Below are positions 1 to 8,923 of a DNA stretch of 64,000 nucleotides, piece by piece. The notes beneath the pieces are model-generated. The model made no database searches and had not been told where the DNA came from. It was given only the letters and a program-made list of their open reading frames with translations. Source of the stretch: Alphaproteobacteria bacterium (GTDB lineage Bacteria > Pseudomonadota > Alphaproteobacteria > SHVV01). The DNA is taken from contig OZ253470.1 in assembly GCA_965261735.1 (NCBI GenBank), positions 2,688,001 through 2,752,000 on the forward strand. The letters are read 5' to 3'. Position 1 is the first letter of the stretch. Every line of letters begins with the position of its first letter. The position numbers were made by a program, and so were the translations under genes.

Positions 1-617
1 TCCGCCTCCCACACCGGAAGGCCGAAGCCGGCGATCCGTTTGACCGGGTCCTTGCAGCCGATGCCGTAGCTCGCCCCGGTGTGCTCGCTGTAGCCGTTGT
101 TCTCGAACACGAACACCTTGGGCACTTGGAGCACCACTGCCATGTTCATGGCCTCGAACACGGTGCCCTGGTTGGTCGCCCCATCACCGCTGAAGGAGAC
201 GGCGACGCGGCCGTCCTTTCGCACCTTTGCCGCGATCGCGGCGCCGACCGCGATGGGTGGCCCGCCACCGACGATGGCGTTGGCGCCGAGCATCCCCTTG
301 TCGAGGTCGGCGATGTGCATCGATCCGCCGCGACCCTTGCACAGGCCGTCCTGCCGCCCGTAGATCTCGAGCATCATCCCCCTGACATCGCAGCCCTTGG
401 CGATGCAGTGGCCGTGGCCGCGGTGGGTGCTGATAATGTAGTCGCGATCGCCGAGGTTTTCGCATACACCGACCGCGATCGCCTCCTGCCCGGCATACAG
501 GTGGGTGAAGCCGGCGATCTCACCGGTGCGGTTCTCGACGTGGAGCCGCTCCTCGAACTCGCGGATCGTCCTCATCTGGCGATAGGCGCGGAGCATCTGT
601 TCGCGGCTGTGCTGCAC
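1..617 (-). CDS. acoA: TPP-dependent acetoin/pyruvate dehydrogenase E1 alpha subunit (runs off window start)
   Basis: Manual minus-strand translation: VQHSREQMLRAYRQMRTIREFEERLH...HLYAGQEA...STHRGHGHCIAKG...GRGGSMH...FSGDGATNQG...FVFENNGY. GTG start at 617 with AGGAGAAG RBS. Not in ORF track because there is no stop in the window. Confidence 0.88.
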   Translation of the reverse strand, partial: MQHSREQMLRAYRQMRTIREFEERLHVENRTGEIAGFTHLYAGQEAIAVGVCENLGDRDYIISTHRGHGHCIAKGCDVRGMMLEIYGRQDGLCKGRGGSMHIADLDKGMLGANAIVGGGPPIAVGAAIAAKVRKDGRVAVSFSGDGATNQGTVFEAMNMAVVLQVPKVFVFENNGYSEHTGASYGIGCKDPVKRIAGFGLPVWEA

Positions 618-708
618 CAGTTCTTCTCCTTGCCGATATCCCTGCCCGAGCGCCGCAGTCTAGCCGTGCGGCCGCCGAGGATATAGGGCGGATGCGCCGA
701 CGTGTCGG

Positions 709-1461
709 CTAGGCGGTGTCCTGCGATCCCATCGCCCACCGAATACCGCGCCGCAGCAGCTCGTAGTAGACCGGGAGCTGCCAGGCGCCGCGCTCGACGA
801 ACGGATAGAACTGCGCGAGCGGCCGCAAGTCGAACCGGCCGCGGGCATGGCCGAGGGTGAGGTACAACACCTCGCCGCCGCCATGCTCTCGCAAATACAT
901 CACCTGGTGCTCGCTATCCGGCCACTCGTCGCGGACGAAGGTCTCGGTGCGGCCCGCGAACCGCGTGACCAAAAGCGGTCGGTTGCCCGGCCGGTGGTCC
1001 TGGAGGTACTGCTCGTCCTCGACGACGAATTCTTCGATCCCTCGCACCAGCGGGTGCTCCGCCTCCGCGGGTGTCACCTTGAAACGCCCTATCGGAACGG
1101 GGTGCGCCATGAACTGGCTGCCGACCATGTCGAGGAACGCGGCATCCAGCTCGGGGCACTCGACGCGCTTGTCGTCGCGGAAGCGCAGGGTCGAGTTGGT
1201 GCCGTGCAGGGCGAGCCAGCGCCGTCCACGGCCGAGGAAGCGGGACAACCCCTCGATCTCGTCCGCGCCGGGGATAACGTCGCACGTATAGGTGACGAGC
1301 ATGTCGGCGCCGGCGATGGCCTCGATGTCGGCGTAGGAGTCGGCGACGCGCACGCGCAGCGTTTCGTGCTCCGCGAGCAGCTTCAGGAGTTCGAGGCGGG
1401 CGAAGTCGATGTCGTGGTACTTGCCGCCCGCCACCAGGTAGACGCTGATCGGGGCAGCCAA
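709..1461 (-). CDS. ThuA-like (trehalose utilization / class I GATase-like fold) domain protein
   Basis: LVAGGKYHDIDFARLELL, WLALHGTN, G.G.VLYLTLGH motifs. TTG start after GGAGG chosen. Confidence 0.75.
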   Translation of the reverse strand: MAAPISVYLVAGGKYHDIDFARLELLKLLAEHETLRVRVADSYADIEAIAGADMLVTYTCDVIPGADEIEGLSRFLGRGRRWLALHGTNSTLRFRDDKRVECPELDAAFLDMVGSQFMAHPVPIGRFKVTPAEAEHPLVRGIEEFVVEDEQYLQDHRPGNRPLLVTRFAGRTETFVRDEWPDSEHQVMYLREHGGGEVLYLTLGHARGRFDLRPLAQFYPFVERGAWQLPVYYELLRRGIRWAMGSQDTA

Positions 1462-1462
1462 C

Positions 1463-1906
1463 CTATGCCTCCGGGCGGCGTCGCACGAGGTCGGTCGAAT
1501 CGAAGCACAGCACGACCTCGTCATTCTGCTTGAGGACCTCGTGGTGCAGCGTGATCACGCCGGCCTCGGGCCGCTTGGCCGAACGACGCTTCATGACACA
1601 ACGCGAGGTCGCATAGATCAGATCGCCGGGCCGAACGGGGCGGCGCCACTTCACCTCGTCCCAGGCGACGCCGCAGATGAAGGCGATATCGCCGCTGACC
1701 TCGTGATCCATCAGGCGCCATAGCGCCGCCGTGTAGATGCCGCTGGCGATGAGCCCGTCGAACAGGGACTCCTTCGCGGCTTGCCGGTCCGTGTGAAAGG
1801 GCTGAGGATCGTACTTGCACGCGAACTCGACCATCGCGGCCTCGTCGACCCGCATAGCGCTCGACCGGGTGGTCTCGCCGATCTCGATATCGTCCCAGTA
1901 GCGCAT
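1463..1906 (-). CDS. MaoC-family (hotdog fold) dehydratase
   Basis: MRYWDDIEIG...FACKYDPQPFHTD..AAKESLFDGLIASG...PVRPGD. Confidence 0.88.
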   Translation of the reverse strand: MRYWDDIEIGETTRSSAMRVDEAAMVEFACKYDPQPFHTDRQAAKESLFDGLIASGIYTAALWRLMDHEVSGDIAFICGVAWDEVKWRRPVRPGDLIYATSRCVMKRRSAKRPEAGVITLHHEVLKQNDEVVLCFDSTDLVRRRPEA

Positions 1907-1911
1907 GGCCC

Positions 1912-3222
1912 TCAGCGCGCCGCGCTCGCCGGTTCGCCGTAGCGCTCGAGATAATCGTCGATGACCTTGTGGAAGTGGCGGATGCGCACCTCTTGCTTGC
2001 CGAGCCACAGACCGCTGAAGCCGTTCGAGTGCATCCCCGCCTGAACACCCGGCAGGTTGTGGGCGTCCTGGTTGAGGACCCGGCCGAGCGATACTTCGCC
2101 GTGCTTGAAGCGCTGGTGCCGGGGGGCCGGGGGCCGCTCCTCTTCTTCGCGCCTGAGCAGCCTGAAATTCTGCAGGTCGAAGTACATCTTGTTCGGGTCG
2201 AACGGGTGCGGGCGGTGTCGAAACAGCATCAGATCGTCGGCGTGCGTGTTGAAGGTGACGTTGGGGAAGACCGCGTAGTGATAGTCGTCGGTCAGCTGGT
2301 CGTCGTTGAGATCGGCATAGTCGAGCCCTTCGCTCGGCCCGTGTTCGCGCTTCCAGCGCTGGACGGCATGGCGCACCTCCGAGACGCGGCCGTCGAAATC
2401 GGCCGGGTCCATGCCCGCCTCGGTCATGATGAGCTTGATCAGGGGCGGCAGTTCGCTCGTTTCGCCGACCCGCTCGCTGACCGTGGCAAAGGGCACGAGG
2501 TAGCGGCTGTGGCGCTCGTAGCAGTCGATCTGGAGGTCGCGGTCCTCGAGGTAATACAGGAGCTGCGGATGAATGCCCTGGACGTGATAGCTCTCGTTGA
2601 AGGCATCGACCGCGGTCTTCCAGTTGCAGTCCCATTCGACTGTCCAGTCTCGAATCATCACCATGCGCTCGAAGTGATAGGGATCGAGGTGCGCAGGCAA
2701 CGGAGCGAGGAAGTCGTGAAGCGGCTCCGGTTCGGGGTTCAGGGTGAACCACACGAAGCTTCCCCAGGTGTCGCAGTGGAGCTCGGCCAGGCCGTTGCAG
2801 GGCGTCCCTTGGGCGAAGGTCTCGCCATCCGGAATACGGTGGAACCGGCCGTCGAGCTCATATTCCCAGTGATGGTAGGCGCACCTGAACGTCTCGGCGG
2901 TCCCCATGCGTGCCGGCACCAGTCGATTGCCGCGATGCTGGCACACGTTGTAGAAGGCCCGCACGCGGTCGTCGGCCTGGCGCACGAGAAGAACGGACTC
3001 GAGCCCGATCTCGTCGACGAAATAGTCGCCGGGCCCGGGAATGTCATCCTCGCGGCACGCCATCAGCCACACCTTGGACCACACGCACGCCCATTCTCGC
3101 TGCATGAATTCAGGGCTGGTGTAGCGCTCCTTGGCAATCGGCGCGGTGCCGAAATCGGGATCAGCCTCTTTACCGATTGGCGTCTTGGTGAAGTCGGCCG
3201 GCCCGATTCTGCGTACGCTCAT
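1912..3222 (-). CDS. Rieske aromatic ring-hydroxylating oxygenase alpha subunit
   Basis: CQHRG...CAYHHW Rieske motif; NWK...FNESYHVQGIHP mononuclear Fe motif; QD late ligand. Confidence 0.92.
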   Translation of the reverse strand: MSVRRIGPADFTKTPIGKEADPDFGTAPIAKERYTSPEFMQREWACVWSKVWLMACREDDIPGPGDYFVDEIGLESVLLVRQADDRVRAFYNVCQHRGNRLVPARMGTAETFRCAYHHWEYELDGRFHRIPDGETFAQGTPCNGLAELHCDTWGSFVWFTLNPEPEPLHDFLAPLPAHLDPYHFERMVMIRDWTVEWDCNWKTAVDAFNESYHVQGIHPQLLYYLEDRDLQIDCYERHSRYLVPFATVSERVGETSELPPLIKLIMTEAGMDPADFDGRVSEVRHAVQRWKREHGPSEGLDYADLNDDQLTDDYHYAVFPNVTFNTHADDLMLFRHRPHPFDPNKMYFDLQNFRLLRREEEERPPAPRHQRFKHGEVSLGRVLNQDAHNLPGVQAGMHSNGFSGLWLGKQEVRIRHFHKVIDDYLERYGEPASAAR

Positions 3223-3238
3223 CGTGGCTCCGCCCTCC

Positions 3239-3994
3239 TCAGAAGGGTACGCGACGGGAGAATCCGCCATCGACGAGGAGGTTGCTCCCGCTCATCCAGC
3301 TGGCGGCCGGGCTCACCAGGAACAGGACGCTATCGGCTATCTCGTCCACCGTACCCATTCGGCGGGCCGGGTGCCGACGTAGCGCGGCGTTGTAGAGCTT
3401 CGGGTCGGCACGCTCCAGCATGTCCCACCTGCTCCCCTCGAACATGGTCGGTCCGGGCGAGACGACATTGACCCGTATGCCACGCTCAGCCTGAGAGAGC
3501 TGCTTGGCGTAGACGATCAGGGCCGCGTTGAGGGCATTGTAAGCCGATGGCGCGGCAAACGTCTCGGCCGCCTCCGCGTCCGCCATGAAAACGATCGCCG
3601 CGGCATCGGAGCGGCGCAGAAAGGGCAGAATGCACTCGCAGCCGCGGACCGCGCCCATGACATCGATCTCGAAGTTGCGGTACCAGTTGCGCTCGCTGTC
3701 CATCCCCGTTCCACCGCTGACGCCGGCAACGAAGATATCCAATCCGCCCAGTGTGTCGCCGGCCGCGGCGAGCCAGCGCCGATACGCCGCGGCATCGCGG
3801 ACGTTGAGGGCTGCGCCCGACGCGCTGACGCCGCGCGATTTCAGCGCGGCCACCGTCTCCCTGACGCCATCCTCGCCGCGCGCACAGATCGCGAGTTCGC
3901 AGCCCTCGTCGGCGAGCCGTTCGGCAAGCTTGCGGCCGATCCCCCGCGTGGCACCGGTCACGATCGCCTTTCGCCGCTGCAGCCCTAATTCCAT
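3239..3994 (-). CDS. Short-chain dehydrogenase/reductase (SDR)
   Basis: MELGLQRRKAIVTGATRGIG, IRVNVVSPG, VDGG. Catalytic YxxxK reads YNALN. Confidence 0.88.
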   Translation of the reverse strand: MELGLQRRKAIVTGATRGIGRKLAERLADEGCELAICARGEDGVRETVAALKSRGVSASGAALNVRDAAAYRRWLAAAGDTLGGLDIFVAGVSGGTGMDSERNWYRNFEIDVMGAVRGCECILPFLRRSDAAAIVFMADAEAAETFAAPSAYNALNAALIVYAKQLSQAERGIRVNVVSPGPTMFEGSRWDMLERADPKLYNAALRRHPARRMGTVDEIADSVLFLVSPAASWMSGSNLLVDGGFSRRVPF

Positions 3995-4184
3995 TCCGCC
4001 TCCGCGGCGCATGTGGGGCGCCATCGCTGCCCGCGCCGCCACCACCACGCCATGGCTACGAGTATACAATACAAAGGGATTCGTATATTGATCCCGTCTT
4101 TCCGCGGGTCGACCAAGGCGCGACGCGCGGGCGGGTGCGATGCCGCTGGCGCACACTGCGTCACCCCGACTGAAAGAGATTCGC

Positions 4185-5489
4185 GTGGCAACAGATGGTG
4201 CACCCGATCGCCATGCGACCGGGTCAGAATTCCACCCCCCGGAGCCGAGCGATCAGGAGACCAAGGCGCCGGGGGTCCTGTCGGGCATCCAGGTCATCGA
4301 CATGTCCCGGGTCGTCGCCGGTCCGCTGGCCGGGCAGATTCTGGCCGACCTCGGTGCCAACGTGATCAAGATCGAGCGCCGCGGCGATGGCGACGATGTG
4401 CGCGCCCTGGGCCCACCCTGGATCAAGGACGCGGCCGGCGAGGATACGGAACACTCTACGTATTTCCAGTCGGTCAATCGCGGCAAGCGCTCACTGACCC
4501 TGGATTTCACCCGTCCCGAAGGAGCCTCGGTGCTGCACCGACTGATCGCCGGGGCTGATGTCGTGCTCGAGAATTTCCGCCCCGGAACGCTGGCAAAGTA
4601 CAGCCTCGGCCCGGAGGAGCTTCTCACCCGACACCCGCGCCTGATCTACTGCTCGATCAGTGGGTTCGGTCATTCCGGGCCCTACGCCGAGCGCTCGGGA
4701 TACGACTACCTCGTCCAGGCGATGGGCGGGCAGATGGCGGTGACCGGGCTTCCCGATGGCGCGCCCGGCGCCTCGCCGATGCGGGTCGGCGTGCCGATCG
4801 CCGATATATGTGCGGGCAATAACGCGGCGATCGCCATTCTCGCGGCGCTGCTGTATCGCGAGCGGACGGGCGCCGGCCAGCACATCGATATCGCGCTCTT
4901 CGACTCGCAGATCGCGATCGTGCTCAACCCGCTCACCGCGTGGCTGAATGGGCGATCAGCGGTGCCACGGACCGGCAACGAGCACCCGAGCGCGGTTCCC
5001 TACGGCGTGTTCCCCACGGCCGATGGTCACCTGTTGATCGCCACGTTCAACAATCGCGAATTCGCTCGGCTCGCCGGGGCCCTCGGGAAAGCGGAGTGGG
5101 CCGAGGACCCGCGGTTCGAGAATTCAAGCGATCGCGTGGCACACCGGGCCGAACTGGTCGCCGAGATGTCCGCGGTCCTGGCCGGCGCCGGCCGGCTGGA
5201 ATGGATGGAGCGCCTCAATGCGGCGAAGATTTCGTGCGGACCGATCAACACGATGGCCGATATCGAGGCCGACCCGCAAGTGGCCGCGCGCGAGATGATC
5301 GTTACGCTCGCGCACCCGGTCGCGGGCGAGCTACGTGTCGCCGGCAGCCCGCTCAAGATGTCCGCCCTCCCCGTCCGCTACGACCGCCCGCCGCCCCTGG
5401 TCGGCGAGCATACCGACGAAATCCTGACCGGCCGGCTCGGCTTGACCACCGCCGAGATCGCGGCGCTCCGGCGTGCCGAGGTGATATGA
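4185..5489 (+). CDS. CaiB/BaiF family class III CoA-transferase
   Basis: DMSRVVAGP..GQILADLGANVIKIE, NRGKRS, ENFRPG, GYDYLVQAMGG. Start uncertain (4140 or 4185). Confidence 0.92.
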   Translation: MATDGAPDRHATGSEFHPPEPSDQETKAPGVLSGIQVIDMSRVVAGPLAGQILADLGANVIKIERRGDGDDVRALGPPWIKDAAGEDTEHSTYFQSVNRGKRSLTLDFTRPEGASVLHRLIAGADVVLENFRPGTLAKYSLGPEELLTRHPRLIYCSISGFGHSGPYAERSGYDYLVQAMGGQMAVTGLPDGAPGASPMRVGVPIADICAGNNAAIAILAALLYRERTGAGQHIDIALFDSQIAIVLNPLTAWLNGRSAVPRTGNEHPSAVPYGVFPTADGHLLIATFNNREFARLAGALGKAEWAEDPRFENSSDRVAHRAELVAEMSAVLAGAGRLEWMERLNAAKISCGPINTMADIEADPQVAAREMIVTLAHPVAGELRVAGSPLKMSALPVRYDRPPPLVGEHTDEILTGRLGLTTAEIAALRRAEVI

Positions 5490-5884
5490 CCGGCGACGGG
5501 CGCGAAATGGATGATGCCGCCGTCGCGCCGCCCGCTGCGCAGTACGTGGCGTTCCTTCGCCTGGGCCGGTTCATGCTGCAGCGCTCGCGCGTGACGGGCG
5601 CGTTCTTCTTCTACCCGCGCGTGGCCGAACCCGGCACCGGCTCGGGCGAGCTGGAATGGGTCGAGGCCTCAGGTCAGGGCCGCGTCTACTCGACGACGGT
5701 GATCCGCAAGCGTTCGCCCGAGCCGAGCTACAATCTCGCCCTCATCGACCTCGAGGAGGGACCACGGATGATCAGCCGGGTCGAAGGGCTGGCCCCGGAA
5801 GACGTCCGCATCGGCATGGAGGTGCGGGTCAAGATCGTTGCGGGTGAGCCGCACGCTTACGTCGTTTTCACACCGATCTCCTGA
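5486..5884 (+). CDS. DUF35 (Zn-ribbon/OB-fold) thiolase-associated protein
   Basis: FFYPR...LEWVEASGQGRVYSTTV...YNLALIDLEEGPRMISRV...IGMEV. Overlaps the CoA-transferase stop. Zn-ribbon Cys residues are absent. Confidence 0.85.
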   Translation: MTGDGREMDDAAVAPPAAQYVAFLRLGRFMLQRSRVTGAFFFYPRVAEPGTGSGELEWVEASGQGRVYSTTVIRKRSPEPSYNLALIDLEEGPRMISRVEGLAPEDVRIGMEVRVKIVAGEPHAYVVFTPIS

Positions 5885-5905
5885 CGGTAGGGGCCCCGTG
5901 TAGCG

Positions 5906-7066
5906 ATGGCTTCGATGGATGCGTTTCCGCGCGGCGGCGCCGCCATCGTCGGTGCGGCAACGTTCGGAATCGGTGAGGCGCCGGGCTTCGAGTCGATCGA
6001 CCTGGCCGCCCAGGCCTCGCTCAGCGCGCTACGCGATGCAGGCGTCGCGGTGCGCGAGGTTGACGCACTTTTCGTTGGGCTCCCGCGGGACTATCTCTCG
6101 GGGCTCACGCTGTCCGAGTATCTCGGCATCCGGCCGACGCTGACCAACAACAACCGCACCGGCGGTTCGAGCTTCCTGACCCACACGAGCGCTGCCGCGA
6201 TCGCGTTGTCGGCGGGGCTCTGCGACGTCGCGCTGATCGCCTACGGCAGCAATCAGCGTACCGGCGCCGGTAAGCTCGTCAGCTCGTGGAACTCTTCGCC
6301 CTTCGAGGCGGCCTACGAGCCGATGATGCCGGTCGCCGGCTATGCGCTGGCCGCGGCGCGGCACATGCACGAGTTCGGCACCGCGCGCGAGCAGCTGGCC
6401 GAGGTCGCGGTCGCGGCACGGGCGTGGGCGAAGCTGAACCCGGAGGCCTTCATGCGCGACGATCTCGACGTTGCGCAGTGCCTCGCCTCGCGCATGGTCG
6501 CCGATCCGCTAACGGTGCGCGATTGCTGCCTGGTGACGGACGGTGCGGCCGCTGTGGTGATGACGCGGGCCGACCGGGCGCGTGATGCCGTGAGCGAGCC
6601 GATTTACCTGCTCGGTGCAGGCGAGGCGGTGACGCACAAGGAAATCGCCAGCATGCCGGACCTGACGGTGACGGGTGCGCTCGAGTCCGGACGGTGCGCC
6701 TACGAGAGCGCGCGCCTCGAACCCTCCGACATCGACGTGGTCGAGCTCTACGACGCCTTCACGATCAACACGATCCTGTTCCTCGAGGACCTGGGCTTTT
6801 GCGAGAAGGGTGAGGGCGGGCGCTTCGTGGAGGGAGGGCGCATCGCCCCCGGCGGCGCTCTGCCCGTCAATACCAACGGCGGCGGCCTGTCCTGCGTCCA
6901 CCCCGGCATGTACGGTCTGTTCACGCTGGTCGAGGCGGTCGAGCAGCTGCGCGGTGGCGCCGGGGCACGCCAAATCGAGGGCGCCAAGCTCGCCCTGTGC
7001 CACGGCAACGGCGGCGTGCTTTCGAGCCAGGTCACGAACATCCTCGGCACCGCCGAGACGCTGTAG
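5906..7066 (+). CDS. Thiolase-superfamily protein (SCP-x/Ltp2-like)
   Basis: DCCLVTDGAAA, ELYDAFT, NTNGGGLSCVHPGMYG, HGNGGVLS. Confidence 0.9.
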   Translation: MASMDAFPRGGAAIVGAATFGIGEAPGFESIDLAAQASLSALRDAGVAVREVDALFVGLPRDYLSGLTLSEYLGIRPTLTNNNRTGGSSFLTHTSAAAIALSAGLCDVALIAYGSNQRTGAGKLVSSWNSSPFEAAYEPMMPVAGYALAAARHMHEFGTAREQLAEVAVAARAWAKLNPEAFMRDDLDVAQCLASRMVADPLTVRDCCLVTDGAAAVVMTRADRARDAVSEPIYLLGAGEAVTHKEIASMPDLTVTGALESGRCAYESARLEPSDIDVVELYDAFTINTILFLEDLGFCEKGEGGRFVEGGRIAPGGALPVNTNGGGLSCVHPGMYGLFTLVEAVEQLRGGAGARQIEGAKLALCHGNGGVLSSQVTNILGTAETL

Positions 7067-7078
7067 CGGCGGCGCTCT

Positions 7079-7876
7079 CTATCTTCCCTGAAAATCGGGC
7101 TTGCGCTTTTCCAGCATGGCGGTCACGCCTTCGCGGAAGTCGTCGGTGGCTTGCGCGATTGATTGCAGCGCCGCCGCGAGCTCCAGGCTCTGCGGCAGGG
7201 TGAGGCGCTCGGTCTCGCGGAGCAGGCGCTTGTTCAGCCGCAGCGAATGCGGCGGATGGCGGGCCATGCGCTCGGCAATGGCGAGCGCCTGCGGCAACAG
7301 GTCCTGCGGCGGATGCACGGCGGAGACCAGGCCCCAGTCGAGCGCGCGCTCGGCGTCGACCGGATCGCCGGTCAGGGTCATCTCGTAGGCGCGAGCTGCA
7401 CCGACGATGCGCGGCAGAAACCATGCACCGCCATCGCCCGACACGAGCCCGAGGCGGACGAAGCTCTCGGCGAAACTCGCCTGCTCGGCGGCAACGCGGA
7501 CGTCGCACATGAGCGCGAGATCGCAACCCGCGCCAACCGCCGGCCCGTTGACCGCCGCAACGACCGGAATCTCGAGGTCGTACATCGCCAGCGGAATGCG
7601 CTGGATGCCGAAGCGATAGCCGCGCCGCGCCTCGGCAGGATTGCCACCGAACATCCCGGCGCGAGCCTGCATATCCTTGACGTTGCCGCCGGAGCAAAAG
7701 GCGCTTCCCGCGCCGGTCAGCACGAGGCAGGAGACCGACATTTCGCGGTTCAGGCGGTCGCATCGGCTCGCGATCGCCTCGGCCAGCTCATCGTCGATCG
7801 CGTTGCGCGTTTCGGGGCGGTTGAGCGTGAGGACACCGACGCGCCCGCGCTGCTCGAATAGGACCGCTTCACTCAT
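7079..7876 (-). CDS. Enoyl-CoA hydratase/isomerase (crotonase) family
   Basis: LTLNRPETRNAI, AFCSGGNV, AAVNGPAVGAGCDLALMCD. Confidence 0.92.
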   Translation of the reverse strand: MSEAVLFEQRGRVGVLTLNRPETRNAIDDELAEAIASRCDRLNREMSVSCLVLTGAGSAFCSGGNVKDMQARAGMFGGNPAEARRGYRFGIQRIPLAMYDLEIPVVAAVNGPAVGAGCDLALMCDVRVAAEQASFAESFVRLGLVSGDGGAWFLPRIVGAARAYEMTLTGDPVDAERALDWGLVSAVHPPQDLLPQALAIAERMARHPPHSLRLNKRLLRETERLTLPQSLELAAALQSIAQATDDFREGVTAMLEKRKPDFQGR

Positions 7877-8910
7877 GTTTCCTCCTCCTCCGGCGCGCGG
7901 CCAATGGCCTCGATCAAGGACCAGATTTGCGCGGGCCCGGCATCCATCGCTCGGGCGCCGATGCGCTCGTGCCAATACGCCTCGTTGCCGACCTCGTCGC
8001 GCAGCGCCAACAGGCGCAGCGTCGCCAGGTGCAAGGGGTGTTCGATCGCGAAGCCCATGGCGCCCATGACCTGATGCGCGATTTCGGCGACGTGCCCGGC
8101 GGCTTCGGCGGTACGAGACTTGGCGAGGCCGGCGGCCAGCACCGGATCGCCGGCGGCAAATGCATCGCACCCGAGATCGACCGCCGCCGCGGCGGCGGCG
8201 CCGTGGCCCGCGAGCTGCGCCAGCATCTGCTGGACCGCCTGGAACTTGCCGATCGGCCGCCCGAATTGGACGCGAGTAGCCGCGTGTTCGAGGGAAAGGT
8301 CGAGGGCCCGCGCCATTGCGCCAGCCATCGTCGCCGCACGCATCAGCGCGAGCAACCCGAGCAACTCGTCCTCTTTGACACCCTCGGCGGTGCGGATGGC
8401 CGCGCCGTCGCCATCGAAGATCAGGCCATCACGTGGTTCGCCGGCGAGGTTGCGGCCCTCGATCACGGTCGCGTCGGCGGCCTCGATTCGTAACAGGCGA
8501 TCGTCGACGACGGCGAACACCGCGCTCGCGTGGCGGCCGAAGGGCACCCCTTCGAGCCGCCCGCGCAGGCGCGTGGCGCCCCGCCCATGAGGGCGGAAGA
8601 CCGCCTCCTCGGCGTGGGGTGCAACGGTGGGGATTGCCGACTCCTCGCTCCAGCCGACCCGCATCGCGGCCCACCGCGCGACCATGGCCTCGGCCAGCGG
8701 GACTCGGGCGGCATGGTAGCCCGCGAGCGTGACCACGGCGGCGCCGTCGCGCAGCGCGCTCGCCTCACCGGTGATCAATACCTGCTCCAGCCCGGCTTGC
8801 TTGCAGGTTTCCCAAAGTTTGCGATCGAAAGCGTCGGCCGGCGGCGGCCTCTCGCGGCGCTCGAACACCCGTCGGGCGAGGTCGGCGATGAGATGGTCGG
8901 GCGTGCTCAT
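7873..8910 (-). CDS. Acyl-CoA dehydrogenase, short partner subunit
   Basis: RVQFGRPIGKFQAVQQMLA, AHQVMGAMGF; short N-terminus. Confidence 0.85.
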   Translation of the reverse strand: MSTPDHLIADLARRVFERRERPPPADAFDRKLWETCKQAGLEQVLITGEASALRDGAAVVTLAGYHAARVPLAEAMVARWAAMRVGWSEESAIPTVAPHAEEAVFRPHGRGATRLRGRLEGVPFGRHASAVFAVVDDRLLRIEAADATVIEGRNLAGEPRDGLIFDGDGAAIRTAEGVKEDELLGLLALMRAATMAGAMARALDLSLEHAATRVQFGRPIGKFQAVQQMLAQLAGHGAAAAAAVDLGCDAFAAGDPVLAAGLAKSRTAEAAGHVAEIAHQVMGAMGFAIEHPLHLATLRLLALRDEVGNEAYWHERIGARAMDAGPAQIWSLIEAIGRAPEEEET

Positions 8911-8923
8911 GGCGGCCGCACGC

